From: Candidatus Enterousia sp.
GTDB lineage: Bacteria > Pseudomonadota > Alphaproteobacteria > Rs-D84
Assembly: GCA_045546195.1 (NCBI GenBank)
Contig: JAZQCH010000001.1
Coordinates: forward strand, 103,362 to 167,361
Length of the DNA stretch: 64,000 nucleotides
Reading direction: 5' to 3'
The notes beneath the pieces are model-generated. The model did no database searches. It was not told the origin of the DNA and saw only the letters and a list, made by a program, of their open reading frames with translations. Shown one piece after another: positions 9,972-18,903 of this stretch (its first letter is position 1; the number at the start of each line of letters is the position of its first letter). Made by a program: the position numbers and the translations under genes.

Positions 9972-10521
9972 TTGTTTCCCTTATCGCGTCCAGACCCGTT
10001 TTCTTTTCCGCCGATGTCAACAGAATTTCCGGCACCATTGCCCCATGGTCGGTATGCTTGATTTCCAACTGTTTTTCTTCGCGCACTTTTTTATCTTTTT
10101 TCGTATAAACGATTTGATACGGAATCGCATTTGCATCACAGAAATCCATTAAATCCAGGTCAGCATCCTTGGCGCCAATACGCGAATCAATCAGGATAAA
10201 CAGCCGTTTCAACTGTCGCCGTGTCATCAGATACTCTTCCAACCGTTTCAGCCATCGCATTGCGTCCATTTTTGAAACGCGCGCATAACCATATCCCGGC
10301 AAATCAACAATCATCACCCGGTCGTCCAGATTAAACAAATTCAGACTTTGCGTCCGTCCCGGCGTATTTGATGTACGCGCCACCGGCGCCCCAACAACCG
10401 CGTTAATCAACGAAGATTTTCCCACATTACTGCGCCCAATAAACGCATATTCTGCGAAATGAGTATTTGGCAAAGACTTTACTGTTTCAAAACTGCCTAC
10501 AAATTTAATCATCTGCCCCAC
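9958..10521 (-). CDS. engB: Ribosome biogenesis GTP-binding protein YihA/YsxC
   Basis: 187 aa. FIGRSNVGKSSLIN, DLPGYGYA, TKKDK G-motifs. Confidence 0.88.
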   Translation of the reverse strand: MGQMIKFVGSFETVKSLPNTHFAEYAFIGRSNVGKSSLINAVVGAPVARTSNTPGRTQSLNLFNLDDRVMIVDLPGYGYARVSKMDAMRWLKRLEEYLMTRRQLKRLFILIDSRIGAKDADLDLMDFCDANAIPYQIVYTKKDKKVREEKQLEIKHTDHGAMVPEILLTSAEKKTGLDAIRETIGVK

Positions 10522-11305
10522 CTTTGTCTAATAGTCTTTTATATGCCTCTTTCTTTGAAATCCCGGTACGCGCCGCCAAATCGGCTGCCGCCGATTTCAT
10601 AGATGTCGCCGCAATATCATTTACAATTTCCGAAATCTGGGCGTCACTCATTTTAATTTCGGGCCGTGGCGCAACAACGATAACGATTTCCCCGCGCGGC
10701 GGTACGATATTCACCAGTTCGGCCGGGTATCCAATTATTGCCTCTTCGTGAATTTTGGTAATTTCACGCACAATCGCAATCTTACGTTCTGGCATCACAC
10801 GCGCCATGGCGGCAATTGTCGCCATAACGCGATTTGGGCTTTCATAATAAATGATGGTATGCGGTATTTTATTATCATCGCGCAATTTCTTTTCGTCAAA
10901 GAACCCACAGAACGTAAATCTGTCCGTTGGAAAGCCACTTAACACCAATGCCGATATACACGCAACCGGCCCCGGCACAACGAATACCGGCACCCCCGCT
11001 GCGCGCGCCGCACGCACAATACGAAATCCCGGGTCTGAAATTCCCGGCATCCCCGCGTCAGACACACATGCCACCGACATACCATTTTGGATTTTCTGGA
11101 TTAAATCCCCCACCACATCGCGTTCATTGTGTTCATGACACGACACGCGCTTGGTTTTTATGTCAAAGTGCGCCGCCAACTTGCCAAACACACGGGTATC
11201 TTCGGCGGCGATTAAGTCCACATTTTGTAAAACATCAATCGCGCGTGGCGACATATCTGACAAATTTCCAATCGGTGTACCGACAATATAAAGCCCCGTT
11301 TGCAT
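10505..11305 (-). CDS. rsmI: 16S rRNA (cytidine1402-2'-O)-methyltransferase RsmI
   Basis: 266 aa. LYIVGTPIGNLSDMS...AAEDTR...tetrapyrrole-methylase fold. Divergent from an lpoA-like gene as in E. coli yraL/yraM. Confidence 0.9.
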   Translation of the reverse strand: MQTGLYIVGTPIGNLSDMSPRAIDVLQNVDLIAAEDTRVFGKLAAHFDIKTKRVSCHEHNERDVVGDLIQKIQNGMSVACVSDAGMPGISDPGFRIVRAARAAGVPVFVVPGPVACISALVLSGFPTDRFTFCGFFDEKKLRDDNKIPHTIIYYESPNRVMATIAAMARVMPERKIAIVREITKIHEEAIIGYPAELVNIVPPRGEIVIVVAPRPEIKMSDAQISEIVNDIAATSMKSAAADLAARTGISKKEAYKRLLDKGGADD

Positions 11306-11341
11306 TTAGAATCCTTTTATAGTAAAATGATACAAAATAAA

Positions 11342-12964
11342 ATGGATTTTTCAATGTATATAAACAGATTTTTTGGCTATTTTTGCGCTTTGTTAATTCT
11401 AGTTGGCTGCACAGGCACCGACACCACCACCCCATCTGTGGATTGGTTTGATGAATATGAAAATATGCAGGCTGGCACACCGGCCCAGATGTACGGCGTC
11501 CTGTCTGACGGCTATGGCACAAACGACACTTTAACCGACACGCATCGCATGGCGGTAATGTTGCCATTGTCGGGCGACAATGCGCCAATCGGGAAAACAA
11601 TCCGCACATCTGTTGAAATGGCGGTTTTGAAAAACGCGCCAAAAAACCTGACTGTATCCTTTTATGACACAGCGAACAACCTGACCGACACGATTAACGC
11701 GGCATTGGCCACCAATCCTGAAATTATCGTCGGCCCTGTATTTTCATCTGATGCCAAGGTTCTGCGCGACACCAAACCCGAACACATCCCTGTTCTGTCA
11801 TTTACATCTGACGCAGGCGCACTGGGCGACGGTTTAATGACAATGAATTTAATGCCAACAAACGGCGTTGAAACAATTGTCCGCGAAATGAAATCCGATG
11901 ATATTAAACAGTTTATTATTCTGGCACCTGACACTGATTCCGGCCGCCTGATGGCGGGCACCGCCAAGAACGCAGCAAACATCTATGAATTGCCATTGGC
12001 GGGCATATTCTATTATGATTCTGCGAACCCAGATTCAATTAAAAACGCTGCATCAACCGCATCGATGCACAATGCGCGCACCGCGGCCCACACCCGCGCC
12101 CGCCAGGTATTATCCGACATATTGATTAACGAACGCCTGACGATTGTTGAAAAATCAAATCTGAACACCCAACTGGAAAAACTAGAACGCGTGGACACAA
12201 TCGGTCGCATACCATATGACGCGATATTATTCTTAGGTGGTGGCGACGACACAAAATCATTGGCGTCATACCTGCGTTATTTTGATGTATCTGCGCGTGA
12301 TGCTCGTTTCTATGGTACAACCATGTGGGACGGTTCCGACATTGCTTCTGACACAACAATGATGGGGGCAAAATTTGCCACAATGCCCGACAGCAATCCT
12401 GAATTTTCCGCCCTGTACGAACGCGTTTCAGGCACTGCGCCAAACCGTTTGGCAACATTTGGCTATGATGCCACAAACATGGCAATCGGCATGATATATT
12501 CCGACAAATCAGACGCGGCATATTTGCTGGACCCCAGTGGTTATATGGGCACAGACGGCCTGTTCCGTATGCAGCCCACCGGCGCATCCGAACGCGCCCT
12601 GCGCATTGTTGAACTGGACGGTTCTGGCACACCACACGAAATCAAACCTGCCCCATCTGATTTCATGTCACCATTATACAATATTGAACAGCGTCACATA
12701 ACACCGGCCCCGGCAATGGATTTACAAACCCCTGGCGTTGACCCAGACGACTATGTGCGCCTGCCCGAACGCCTGGCGTCAAAATATCGCAGCAAAACCA
12801 TCGGCACCAATATAACCGTTGCCCCCATGGTTCAGAAAAGCGAAATTGTCGCCATATTACCCGAAGATGACAGTGACGTAATCCAAACCCAAAACTTTAC
12901 CCCGGTAAAGTTAGAAACCATATCCCGCAGTTATATCGACGAATACGAAGTGTACGAAGATTAA
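11342..12964 (+). CDS. LpoA/LppC-like periplasmic lipoprotein (penicillin-binding protein activator family)
   Basis: Signal peptide and lipobox LILVGC. Periplasmic-binding-protein-like body. Conserved divergent synteny with rsmI. Start uncertain between 11300, 11342 and 11354. Confidence 0.5.
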   Translation: MDFSMYINRFFGYFCALLILVGCTGTDTTTPSVDWFDEYENMQAGTPAQMYGVLSDGYGTNDTLTDTHRMAVMLPLSGDNAPIGKTIRTSVEMAVLKNAPKNLTVSFYDTANNLTDTINAALATNPEIIVGPVFSSDAKVLRDTKPEHIPVLSFTSDAGALGDGLMTMNLMPTNGVETIVREMKSDDIKQFIILAPDTDSGRLMAGTAKNAANIYELPLAGIFYYDSANPDSIKNAASTASMHNARTAAHTRARQVLSDILINERLTIVEKSNLNTQLEKLERVDTIGRIPYDAILFLGGGDDTKSLASYLRYFDVSARDARFYGTTMWDGSDIASDTTMMGAKFATMPDSNPEFSALYERVSGTAPNRLATFGYDATNMAIGMIYSDKSDAAYLLDPSGYMGTDGLFRMQPTGASERALRIVELDGSGTPHEIKPAPSDFMSPLYNIEQRHITPAPAMDLQTPGVDPDDYVRLPERLASKYRSKTIGTNITVAPMVQKSEIVAILPEDDSDVIQTQNFTPVKLETISRSYIDEYEVYED

Positions 12965-12977
12965 AGAAAAAACAAAA

Positions 12978-13313
12978 ATGCAAACACAAATCCAGCAAAT
13001 CATACAATACACAGAACAACAAATAACGACATTTCAACGTGCCGAATGTCCTGTTATTGCAAACACATTTAAACGCATTCTGGAATCACTTACCGCCCTG
13101 GAACGTCTATCAAAATCCCACCCATTGGCACCGCAAACAATACCAATGTATAACAGCGCAATAAACGACATAACCAGTGCCTGCCGTCGTCTAACCGCAT
13201 ACGGCGAAGACTTTAACGAACGCATTGGTCGATACAAAAAATTCACATCTGAAATTGAAATGCTTATCAGCCAAACGATATACAGATTCAGACAATCCAA
13301 CAATCGCCTATAA
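12978..13313 (+). CDS. Hypothetical protein
   Basis: 111-aa ORF followed by a terminator. No recognisable motifs. Confidence 0.35.
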   Translation: MQTQIQQIIQYTEQQITTFQRAECPVIANTFKRILESLTALERLSKSHPLAPQTIPMYNSAINDITSACRRLTAYGEDFNERIGRYKKFTSEIEMLISQTIYRFRQSNNRL

Positions 13314-13326
13314 CCACCGACCAAAA

Positions 13327-13360
13327 TAAAAACACCCCCTTTCGGGGGTATTTTTATTTC
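13327..13360. terminator. Rho-independent terminator
   Basis: aaaaacaccccctttcgggggtatttttattt. Confidence 0.75.
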
Positions 13361-13361
13361 T

Positions 13362-13448
13362 GGTGGGAGTGGCTGGATTCGAACCAGCTCAGGCTTAAGC
13401 CAACAGATTTACAGTCTGCCCCGGCTCTCCAACTCCGGCGCACGCCCA
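13362..13448 (-). tRNA. tRNA-Tyr (anticodon GTA), long variable arm
   Basis: Reverse complement folds as a cloverleaf. Anticodon arm GCAGA-CTGTAAA-TCTGT. V-arm GGCTTAAGCC. T-arm GCTGG-TTCGAAT-CCAGC. CCA encoded. One acceptor mismatch. Confidence 0.75.
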
Positions 13449-13497
13449 ATCTTATTCGCCACAACTTTTATGGCACGCCACACAAAGCCTTGGCGAA

Positions 13498-13525
13498 GTG
13501 TGGTGCGGGCAGCGGGAAACCGAGC
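13498..13525. repeat. Decayed partial copy of the tRNA-Gly 3' end (gtgtggtgcgggcagcgggaaaccgagcg)
   Basis: 17 nt identical to the 3' acceptor and T-stem of the tRNA-Gly at 13615-13689, then diverging. Confidence 0.6.
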
Positions 13526-13614
13526 GTATAAGAACACAATGAGTTGCGTTATTAGCAACGAATTGATGTTCGCGTCGCAAGGTTACCCAATTCAACTGCT
13601 CTCACCTTATCTCT

Positions 13615-13689
13615 TGGTGCGGGCAGCGGGAATCGAACCCGCATTTCAAGCTTGGAAGGCTTGCATACTAGCCTTTGTACTATGCCCGC
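13615..13689 (-). tRNA. tRNA-Gly (anticodon TCC)
   Basis: Reverse complement GCGGGCA-TA-GTAC..., anticodon arm CAAGC-CTTCCAA-GCTTG, T-arm GCGGG-TTCGATT-CCCGC, acceptor TGCCCGC-A-CCA. Confidence 0.85.
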
Positions 13690-13839
13690 AACAAATTCAA
13701 AGCCCAACGATTATATAATAAATGAAATAAAAATCAAGTGATTATTGCGCGCAATAAAAAATGCCAAAAAATCCTAGACAACTGGCATAAATCATATGAT
13801 ATAATCACCTTACGAACAACATCAGCAAAGGGGACAAAC

Positions 13840-14226
13840 ATGAAAAAAATTTCATTTTTTGCGTTAATGGGTATCTTGATGGCGGGCGCGGCATCGGCTG
13901 AATTTGCCGGTCCTGATGCGCCGGCGGCAACTGCGACAAACGCGCGCGGCGGTTTTGTTAGTGGCGCCGAAACAATCGTCACCGTCAAACAGGCGAACGA
14001 AATGCGCGACGATGTACCTGTTATTATCCAGGGAAAAATAATCCAACGCATGGGCGATGAAAAATACCTGTTCGAAGATTCGACCGGTTCTATCACCGTT
14101 GAAATTGACGATGACGATTGGCGCGGTCAAACGGTCAGTCCAACCGACACCGTAAAATTATACGGCGAAGTTGACCGTGGCATTTTCAGCACTGAAATCG
14201 ACATCGACTATGTCGAAAAACTGTAA
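13840..14226 (+). CDS. YgiW/YdeI (BOF, bacterial OB-fold) family periplasmic protein
   Basis: Start MKKISFFALMGILMAGAASA (signal peptide), SD aaagggga upstream. OB-fold region QGKIIQRMGDEKYLFEDSTGSITVEIDDDDW. Confidence 0.65.
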   Translation: MKKISFFALMGILMAGAASAEFAGPDAPAATATNARGGFVSGAETIVTVKQANEMRDDVPVIIQGKIIQRMGDEKYLFEDSTGSITVEIDDDDWRGQTVSPTDTVKLYGEVDRGIFSTEIDIDYVEKL

Positions 14227-14227
14227 T

Positions 14228-14258
14228 TAAAAATCCCCCAACCGGGGGGATTTTTATA
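14228..14258. terminator. Rho-independent terminator
   Basis: aaaaatcccccaaccggggggatttttat. Confidence 0.8.
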
Positions 14259-14284
14259 AAATAAAAGATAATGGTATAGATGCG

Positions 14285-14336
14285 CATGAACCCGCAACCG
14301 TAGTGTACAGAAGTTACATGAGGTTGCGGGTTCATG
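14285..14336. repeat. Family A palindromic element: perfect 15-bp arms catgaacccgcaacc closing conserved loop gtagtgtacagaagttacatga
   Basis: Between convergent ygiW-like gene and secB. Core is about 90% identical to 7414-7435. Confidence 0.8.
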
Positions 14337-14357
14337 ATGCAGATATACCATTAGATT

Positions 14358-14783
14358 TTATTTTGCCTGTTTTTGTTCGTATAACTGGGCAAAGTCCACC
14401 GGCTGCATCGCAAATGTTGGGAAGCCTGACTCAGACGTCAAACGTGTAATCAGGGCACGAACCGCTGGGAACAACAATGTTGGAACATCAATCAACAGTG
14501 TGCGTTTTTTGGCTTCTTCGTCTTTTTCTTCTTCCATCTGAACCAGACCTGAATATGTTGATTCGATTAAAAAGATAGACTTTTCACCCTGCTCTAACTT
14601 TGAATGAACTTTGGTAATCAAATCAACCATGAACAGATTATTTTCTGCGCCTTTGATTTGAATATCGATATTGATTTCTAATTTCGCCTGACCGTTATCG
14701 GACTTAAAGAACAATTCTGGTACATTTGGGCTTTCGAACGAAATGTCTTTTAGAAACTGTGAAATAATATTAAATTTTGCCAT
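14358..14783 (-). CDS. secB: Protein-export chaperone SecB
   Basis: 141 aa, MAKFNIISQFLKDISFESPN... full-length SecB family match. Confidence 0.85.
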   Translation of the reverse strand: MAKFNIISQFLKDISFESPNVPELFFKSDNGQAKLEINIDIQIKGAENNLFMVDLITKVHSKLEQGEKSIFLIESTYSGLVQMEEEKDEEAKKRTLLIDVPTLLFPAVRALITRLTSESGFPTFAMQPVDFAQLYEQKQAK

Positions 14784-14894
14784 TATAAATTCTCCTTCGG
14801 TCTGTTTGGCTAAAATGTGGTCTGGACTTGCGTCCTGCTTTTATGCTAATATAGCACTATAAAAGATTTTTACAAGTGGGGGGACAAACCAAAA

Positions 14895-15995
14895 ATGCTT
14901 TTTTTTACTAAAAAATCTGTTTTTAACGGGATTCTGGGCATTTTATCTGCTTTTATCCTGGCGTCATGCGATGTTTCTACGCCAACTGTATCGGGTGACA
15001 ATTCGGTAATACCATCTAATTTTCGACGTGTATCTTATAACGACCTGCCCGGCTGGCGCGATGATGATGTTCGCTATGCGCTTCAGGCATTTCGCAATTC
15101 GTGCAAAGCAAAAATCCAATACACTGGCCGCCTAATACCAGACCGCGAATTGTTTGCTGAAAAATGTCGCATGTTGCCGTCTGCGTCGGCGGATGTGGCA
15201 ACGGTCCGTGCTTGGTTTGAATCCAACTTTCAACCGTACCAGATTTTCAATGACAATGGCGGGGACAAGGGGACATACACCGGATACTATTCCCCAATTA
15301 TTCCGGCATGTCGCACAAAAACGGCCCAGTGTAACGAACCCCTGATGGGCATCCCGACCGACGGCCGCAATTACAAGGGCGTGCCGAAAAAAGACATTGT
15401 TGAAAAAAAGATTGGACGCGTTTTGTATTGGGCAAATATTGTTGATGTTCAAAATATTCAGATTCAGGGCTCTGGCAACCTGCGCCTAGAAGATGGCACA
15501 GATGTAAAATTAAACTTTGCCGCCGTCAATGATATGCCGTTCAAATCAATTGGCGAAGAATTGCGCAACCGTGGCATTCGCCCCGCAGGTGGCTTTTCGT
15601 CCGAGGCCGTCTGGCAACACCTGAAAGCGAACCCGACACTTGCGCGTGATGTGATTTATAAAAATCCACGCTATGTGTATTTCTATGAATCCACCCCACC
15701 GGATGTGATTGGCAAATTGGGCACGCCACTGTCAAAAATCCGCAGTATCGCGATGGACGACGACCTGTATACGTTGGGTTTGCCCGTGTACATCAACACC
15801 AACCTGTCCGACGGTCGCCCGTTCCGCCGCCTGATGATTGCCCAGGACACCGGCAGCGCAATCCGCGGTTGGATTCGCGCAGACATCTTTTTCGGCAAAG
15901 GGGACGAAGCCTATAAATTCGCCCAGGGTCAACATGCCCAGGGTCAAATGTTCATCCTGATGCCCAAAGAATACACCTATGTCAAACCACGATAA
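14895..15995 (+). CDS. mltA: Membrane-bound lytic murein transglycosylase A
   Basis: Lipobox LASC. MltA-specific and 3D domain segments YWANIVD...QGSGNL...AQDTGSAIRG. Confidence 0.8.
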   Translation: MLFFTKKSVFNGILGILSAFILASCDVSTPTVSGDNSVIPSNFRRVSYNDLPGWRDDDVRYALQAFRNSCKAKIQYTGRLIPDRELFAEKCRMLPSASADVATVRAWFESNFQPYQIFNDNGGDKGTYTGYYSPIIPACRTKTAQCNEPLMGIPTDGRNYKGVPKKDIVEKKIGRVLYWANIVDVQNIQIQGSGNLRLEDGTDVKLNFAAVNDMPFKSIGEELRNRGIRPAGGFSSEAVWQHLKANPTLARDVIYKNPRYVYFYESTPPDVIGKLGTPLSKIRSIAMDDDLYTLGLPVYINTNLSDGRPFRRLMIAQDTGSAIRGWIRADIFFGKGDEAYKFAQGQHAQGQMFILMPKEYTYVKPR

Positions 15996-16308
15996 AAAAT
16001 TTGACGAACGCACCAAACGCCCCCAAACCATTGGCGGGGCATTGGGTGGTTTGATTAAAATTTTCGGGATTCGCGCATCGGATTCAGACCTGGCGGCGCG
16101 CTGGGATGAAATCATGGGAACGGATATTGCGTCTGTTGCGCGCCTGGCGGCAATAAAAAAGAATCGCGACAACACATTTAACATTGTAATTCGTCCCGCC
16201 CACCCCGCATACGCCTTACAGTTATCATATCAATCAGACGAAATCATCAAACGAATTAACAAATATTTCGGCTATGATGCCGTCGGCAAAATAAGTTTTC
16301 GAAAATAA
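15979..16308 (+). CDS. DUF721 / DciA-like protein
   Basis: WDEIMGTDIASVARLAAIKKNRDNTFNIVIRPAHPAYALQLSYQSDEIIKRINKYFGYDAVGKISFR fits the DUF721 consensus. Confidence 0.5.
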   Translation: MSNHDKKFDERTKRPQTIGGALGGLIKIFGIRASDSDLAARWDEIMGTDIASVARLAAIKKNRDNTFNIVIRPAHPAYALQLSYQSDEIIKRINKYFGYDAVGKISFRK

Positions 16309-16319
16309 GGGGGCACATT

Positions 16320-16715
16320 ATGGATTTTTGGTTCATGATTATTGGCATTGTTGGATTTATTATTTTAATTTTATTGTTAAGTTATTGGTATTGTATGGCA
16401 ACCATATCGCACGAAACAATTACTGTTTCGGACAAGGGTATTGTGGTCAATAATTATAATACAGGCGATAGTGTTAGGTCTGTATCACATTATATGATCT
16501 ATACAACCAATGGTCAGGCAATAAAAAATACTAATAATATATGGTTCTGGAAATGGCGGTCTAATGAATTACAAGGAAAGTTGCAAAAAAGAAAAAAGTA
16601 TAAAATCAAGACATGGGGCGCACGTATCCCATGGCTTGGATTATATAAACACATAATATCAGCCACAGAAATAAAACCGTCTGTACGCAAGAAATCTGGA
16701 ACAAATTCAAAATGA
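16320..16715 (+). CDS. Hypothetical small membrane protein (AT-rich ORF, possible recent insertion)
   Basis: N-terminal TM helix. Local GC is markedly lower than flanking genes. Confidence 0.3.
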   Translation: MDFWFMIIGIVGFIILILLLSYWYCMATISHETITVSDKGIVVNNYNTGDSVRSVSHYMIYTTNGQAIKNTNNIWFWKWRSNELQGKLQKRKKYKIKTWGARIPWLGLYKHIISATEIKPSVRKKSGTNSK

Positions 16716-17191
16716 CAAAACGCGTATTGGGTATTGACCCGGGTTTATTACACACAGGCTGGGCGGTGGTTGATACCGCGGGTCAAACGCGTAAATATAT
16801 CGCCAGTGGTGTTATATTACCCAAAACAACATTACCGTTTGCAGAACGCCTGGCGACAATTTTTCGTGGGGTGTCCGAACTGTGCGAAACATTTTCCCCC
16901 GACGAATGCAGCATTGAAATCACATTTGTGAACAAAAACCCAAAAACAACACTAATTCTGGGACACGCGCGCGCGGCGGCAATTGTTGCTGTGTCAAACC
17001 GCAATATTCCCGTTTTTGAATACGAACCGAATAAAATTAAAAAGGCCCTGACCGGTGCCGGCCACGCGGATAAAACCGCAATTGATAAAATGGTTCAAAT
17101 TTTATTACCAACGGCGCGCCCAAAAACCGCGGACGAAGCCGACGCAATCGCAATCGCCCTGGCCCACACAAACATGACACGGTTTATATAA
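16712..17191 (+). CDS. ruvC: Crossover junction endodeoxyribonuclease RuvC
   Basis: VLGIDPGLLHTGWAVVD...EADAIAIAL catalytic residues. Confidence 0.9.
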   Translation: MTKRVLGIDPGLLHTGWAVVDTAGQTRKYIASGVILPKTTLPFAERLATIFRGVSELCETFSPDECSIEITFVNKNPKTTLILGHARAAAIVAVSNRNIPVFEYEPNKIKKALTGAGHADKTAIDKMVQILLPTARPKTADEADAIAIALAHTNMTRFI

Positions 17192-17193
17192 AC

Positions 17194-17222
17194 AAAAATC
17201 CCGCATGTGCGGGATTTTTTAT
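17194..17222. terminator. Bidirectional rho-independent terminator
   Basis: aaaaatcccgcatgtgcgggattttttat. Confidence 0.8.
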
Positions 17223-17461
17223 CGCAGCGGCGGGAAACAATCACCACCCGATTCCGGGCAACAATTAAATCCTAAATCATACATATCTGTATAAACTTCG
17301 CCTGGACAGCATCCATATTTATCCGGCATTGCGCCCCCATCGCACATTGGCGCATCACTTGGCACGGCCACTTCACGACTGGCATACGCCCACATCCCCA
17401 ACACAAAACCAATCAAAAACGCCATAATAACCGCAACACACGCACTAATATTCTTTTTCAT
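17219..17461 (-). CDS. Small secreted/membrane Cys-rich protein (GCC...CCP...GDCFPPLR domain)
   Basis: 80 aa with signal/TM N-terminus. C-terminal 40 aa is paralogous to the C-terminus of the 17598-18137 product. Confidence 0.5.
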   Translation of the reverse strand: MKKNISACVAVIMAFLIGFVLGMWAYASREVAVPSDAPMCDGGAMPDKYGCCPGEVYTDMYDLGFNCCPESGGDCFPPLR

Positions 17462-17518
17462 ATATTATTCCTTTGATATAAAAATGTACCCTTGCAAAGG
17501 AAATAAATTAGAATGGTT

Positions 17519-17575
17519 TAGATGCTCGCGCGGCGGCAAGTGCAGTGTACAAACGCTACATAAACGCGCCGACCA
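17519..17575. repeat. Degenerate Family A palindromic element (core gtgcagtgtacaaacgctacata)
   Basis: Core has about 75% identity to the other two copies. Arms partly decayed (aatggtt/aaccatt outer IR). Confidence 0.45.
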
Positions 17576-17597
17576 CAAGCAGATGAACCATTATAAT

Positions 17598-18137
17598 TTA
17601 TTTCAAGGGTGGGAAACAGTCACCCTCAAAATCCCGCGGACAGCACGCAAACACAGTATTCCCCAAATCCTTGAACACCTCGTCCCCACAGCATCCAAAT
17701 TTGTTTGGCTGACTGCCGTCGGCACATAATCCCGCATCCAGGTTCGCTAATTCCTGTTCCAGCGCAACCATTGGGTCAACCTCGGCTACCTCTTCTGTGG
17801 TGGTGGGTTCTGTGGGTTGTTCTTCTGTGGTGGCATCGACTACAACCGTTTCAACCACATCAGCCTGTTCGGCGACCGGCGTTGCCTCAATCACAACACG
17901 CGAATCCGCCGACGAACGACGCCCCCGCCCAGACTTGACACACATACGACGATATTCCGCCTTTAACTTGGCCAATTCCGCCGTTTCTTCTTCTGTTGGT
18001 TCTTCTATTGCGGCAACCTCGGACACGCGAACTGCGATATCTTTACAACTCAGTCTTTCCGCAACAACCTGGACTGGATCATCGGCAAACGCCCCCGACA
18101 CAAAACAACTTAACATTAAAGTAAAAAGTAATTTCAT
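17598..18137 (-). CDS. Secreted acidic protein with C-terminal Cys-rich domain (GCCGDEVF...CCP...GDCFPPLK)
   Basis: 179 aa, signal peptide, E/T-rich linker. C-terminus paralogous to 17219-17461. Confidence 0.55.
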   Translation of the reverse strand: MKLLFTLMLSCFVSGAFADDPVQVVAERLSCKDIAVRVSEVAAIEEPTEEETAELAKLKAEYRRMCVKSGRGRRSSADSRVVIEATPVAEQADVVETVVVDATTEEQPTEPTTTEEVAEVDPMVALEQELANLDAGLCADGSQPNKFGCCGDEVFKDLGNTVFACCPRDFEGDCFPPLK

Positions 18138-18146
18138 AACTATAAC

Positions 18147-18881
18147 CTATTGTTCGTTAATGATTTTTTCGACTTCCAATATAAAGTCAATTGCTGGATT
18201 TGTTAACTTCTTGGCGGTTTCAAAAATCTCTTCTGCCGCCGCCTGCATATTCAATCGTTTATAGGTTTCTACAACCTCGATTGTTTCTTGCTTATCAAAT
18301 TCATCATCTTCCAACGCGCGCGCAATTTCCAGTTCTTGTTTTGCTAAATCAACATACTTGGCACTATTTTCCGCACACCCACGTTCTGACAAATTCGCAT
18401 AAATTTTTGCTCGGTCTATACGCGCCCAAGAATCCCCATTGGCCGATGGCATCTGTTCCAACAACAAAGATTCAATTTGTTCACATGTTTTTTGTGGATT
18501 TTCAGACCGTTCCAACGCCGCGACAATTTCACGTTCACGCACCGCCGCATTATGATATTTCTGCTGATTATGGGAACAACCGTTCATAACCAACCTTTCA
18601 TAGACATTGATATTATATTCATGCGCGGCCACTTCCTGGCTGTCCACCGGATACAAACGTTCCAACAACAATTCTTCGATAATCGCGCATGTTTCTTTTG
18701 TCTGCCCTTCCACCACCGGCGCAGGTTTTGCGACCTGCTCTACCTCTGCGACTGGGGCGGGTCGACCATTAACCCCCAATCCAACCATCAGCCCACACAA
18801 AAACAACGCCCCCAACGCCAACCATCCAAAGATTTTTTCCCGGCGCGTATGAACAACTTGAACTTTTTTCTTTTGTCGCAT
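18147..18881 (-). CDS. Hypothetical membrane-anchored protein with two internal repeats
   Basis: Start taken at MRQKKK...(TM). Internal duplication TCAIIEELLLERL.../TCEQIESLLLEQM.... Confidence 0.4.
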   Translation of the reverse strand: MRQKKKVQVVHTRREKIFGWLALGALFLCGLMVGLGVNGRPAPVAEVEQVAKPAPVVEGQTKETCAIIEELLLERLYPVDSQEVAAHEYNINVYERLVMNGCSHNQQKYHNAAVREREIVAALERSENPQKTCEQIESLLLEQMPSANGDSWARIDRAKIYANLSERGCAENSAKYVDLAKQELEIARALEDDEFDKQETIEVVETYKRLNMQAAAEEIFETAKKLTNPAIDFILEVEKIINEQ

Positions 18882-18903
18882 TAACTCTCTCCTTATGTTT
18901 ATA

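Noticed and set aside
13470-13718. 82-aa plus-strand ORF
   Set aside because: Overlaps tRNA-Gly and the tRNA-fragment region. A reading-frame artefact.
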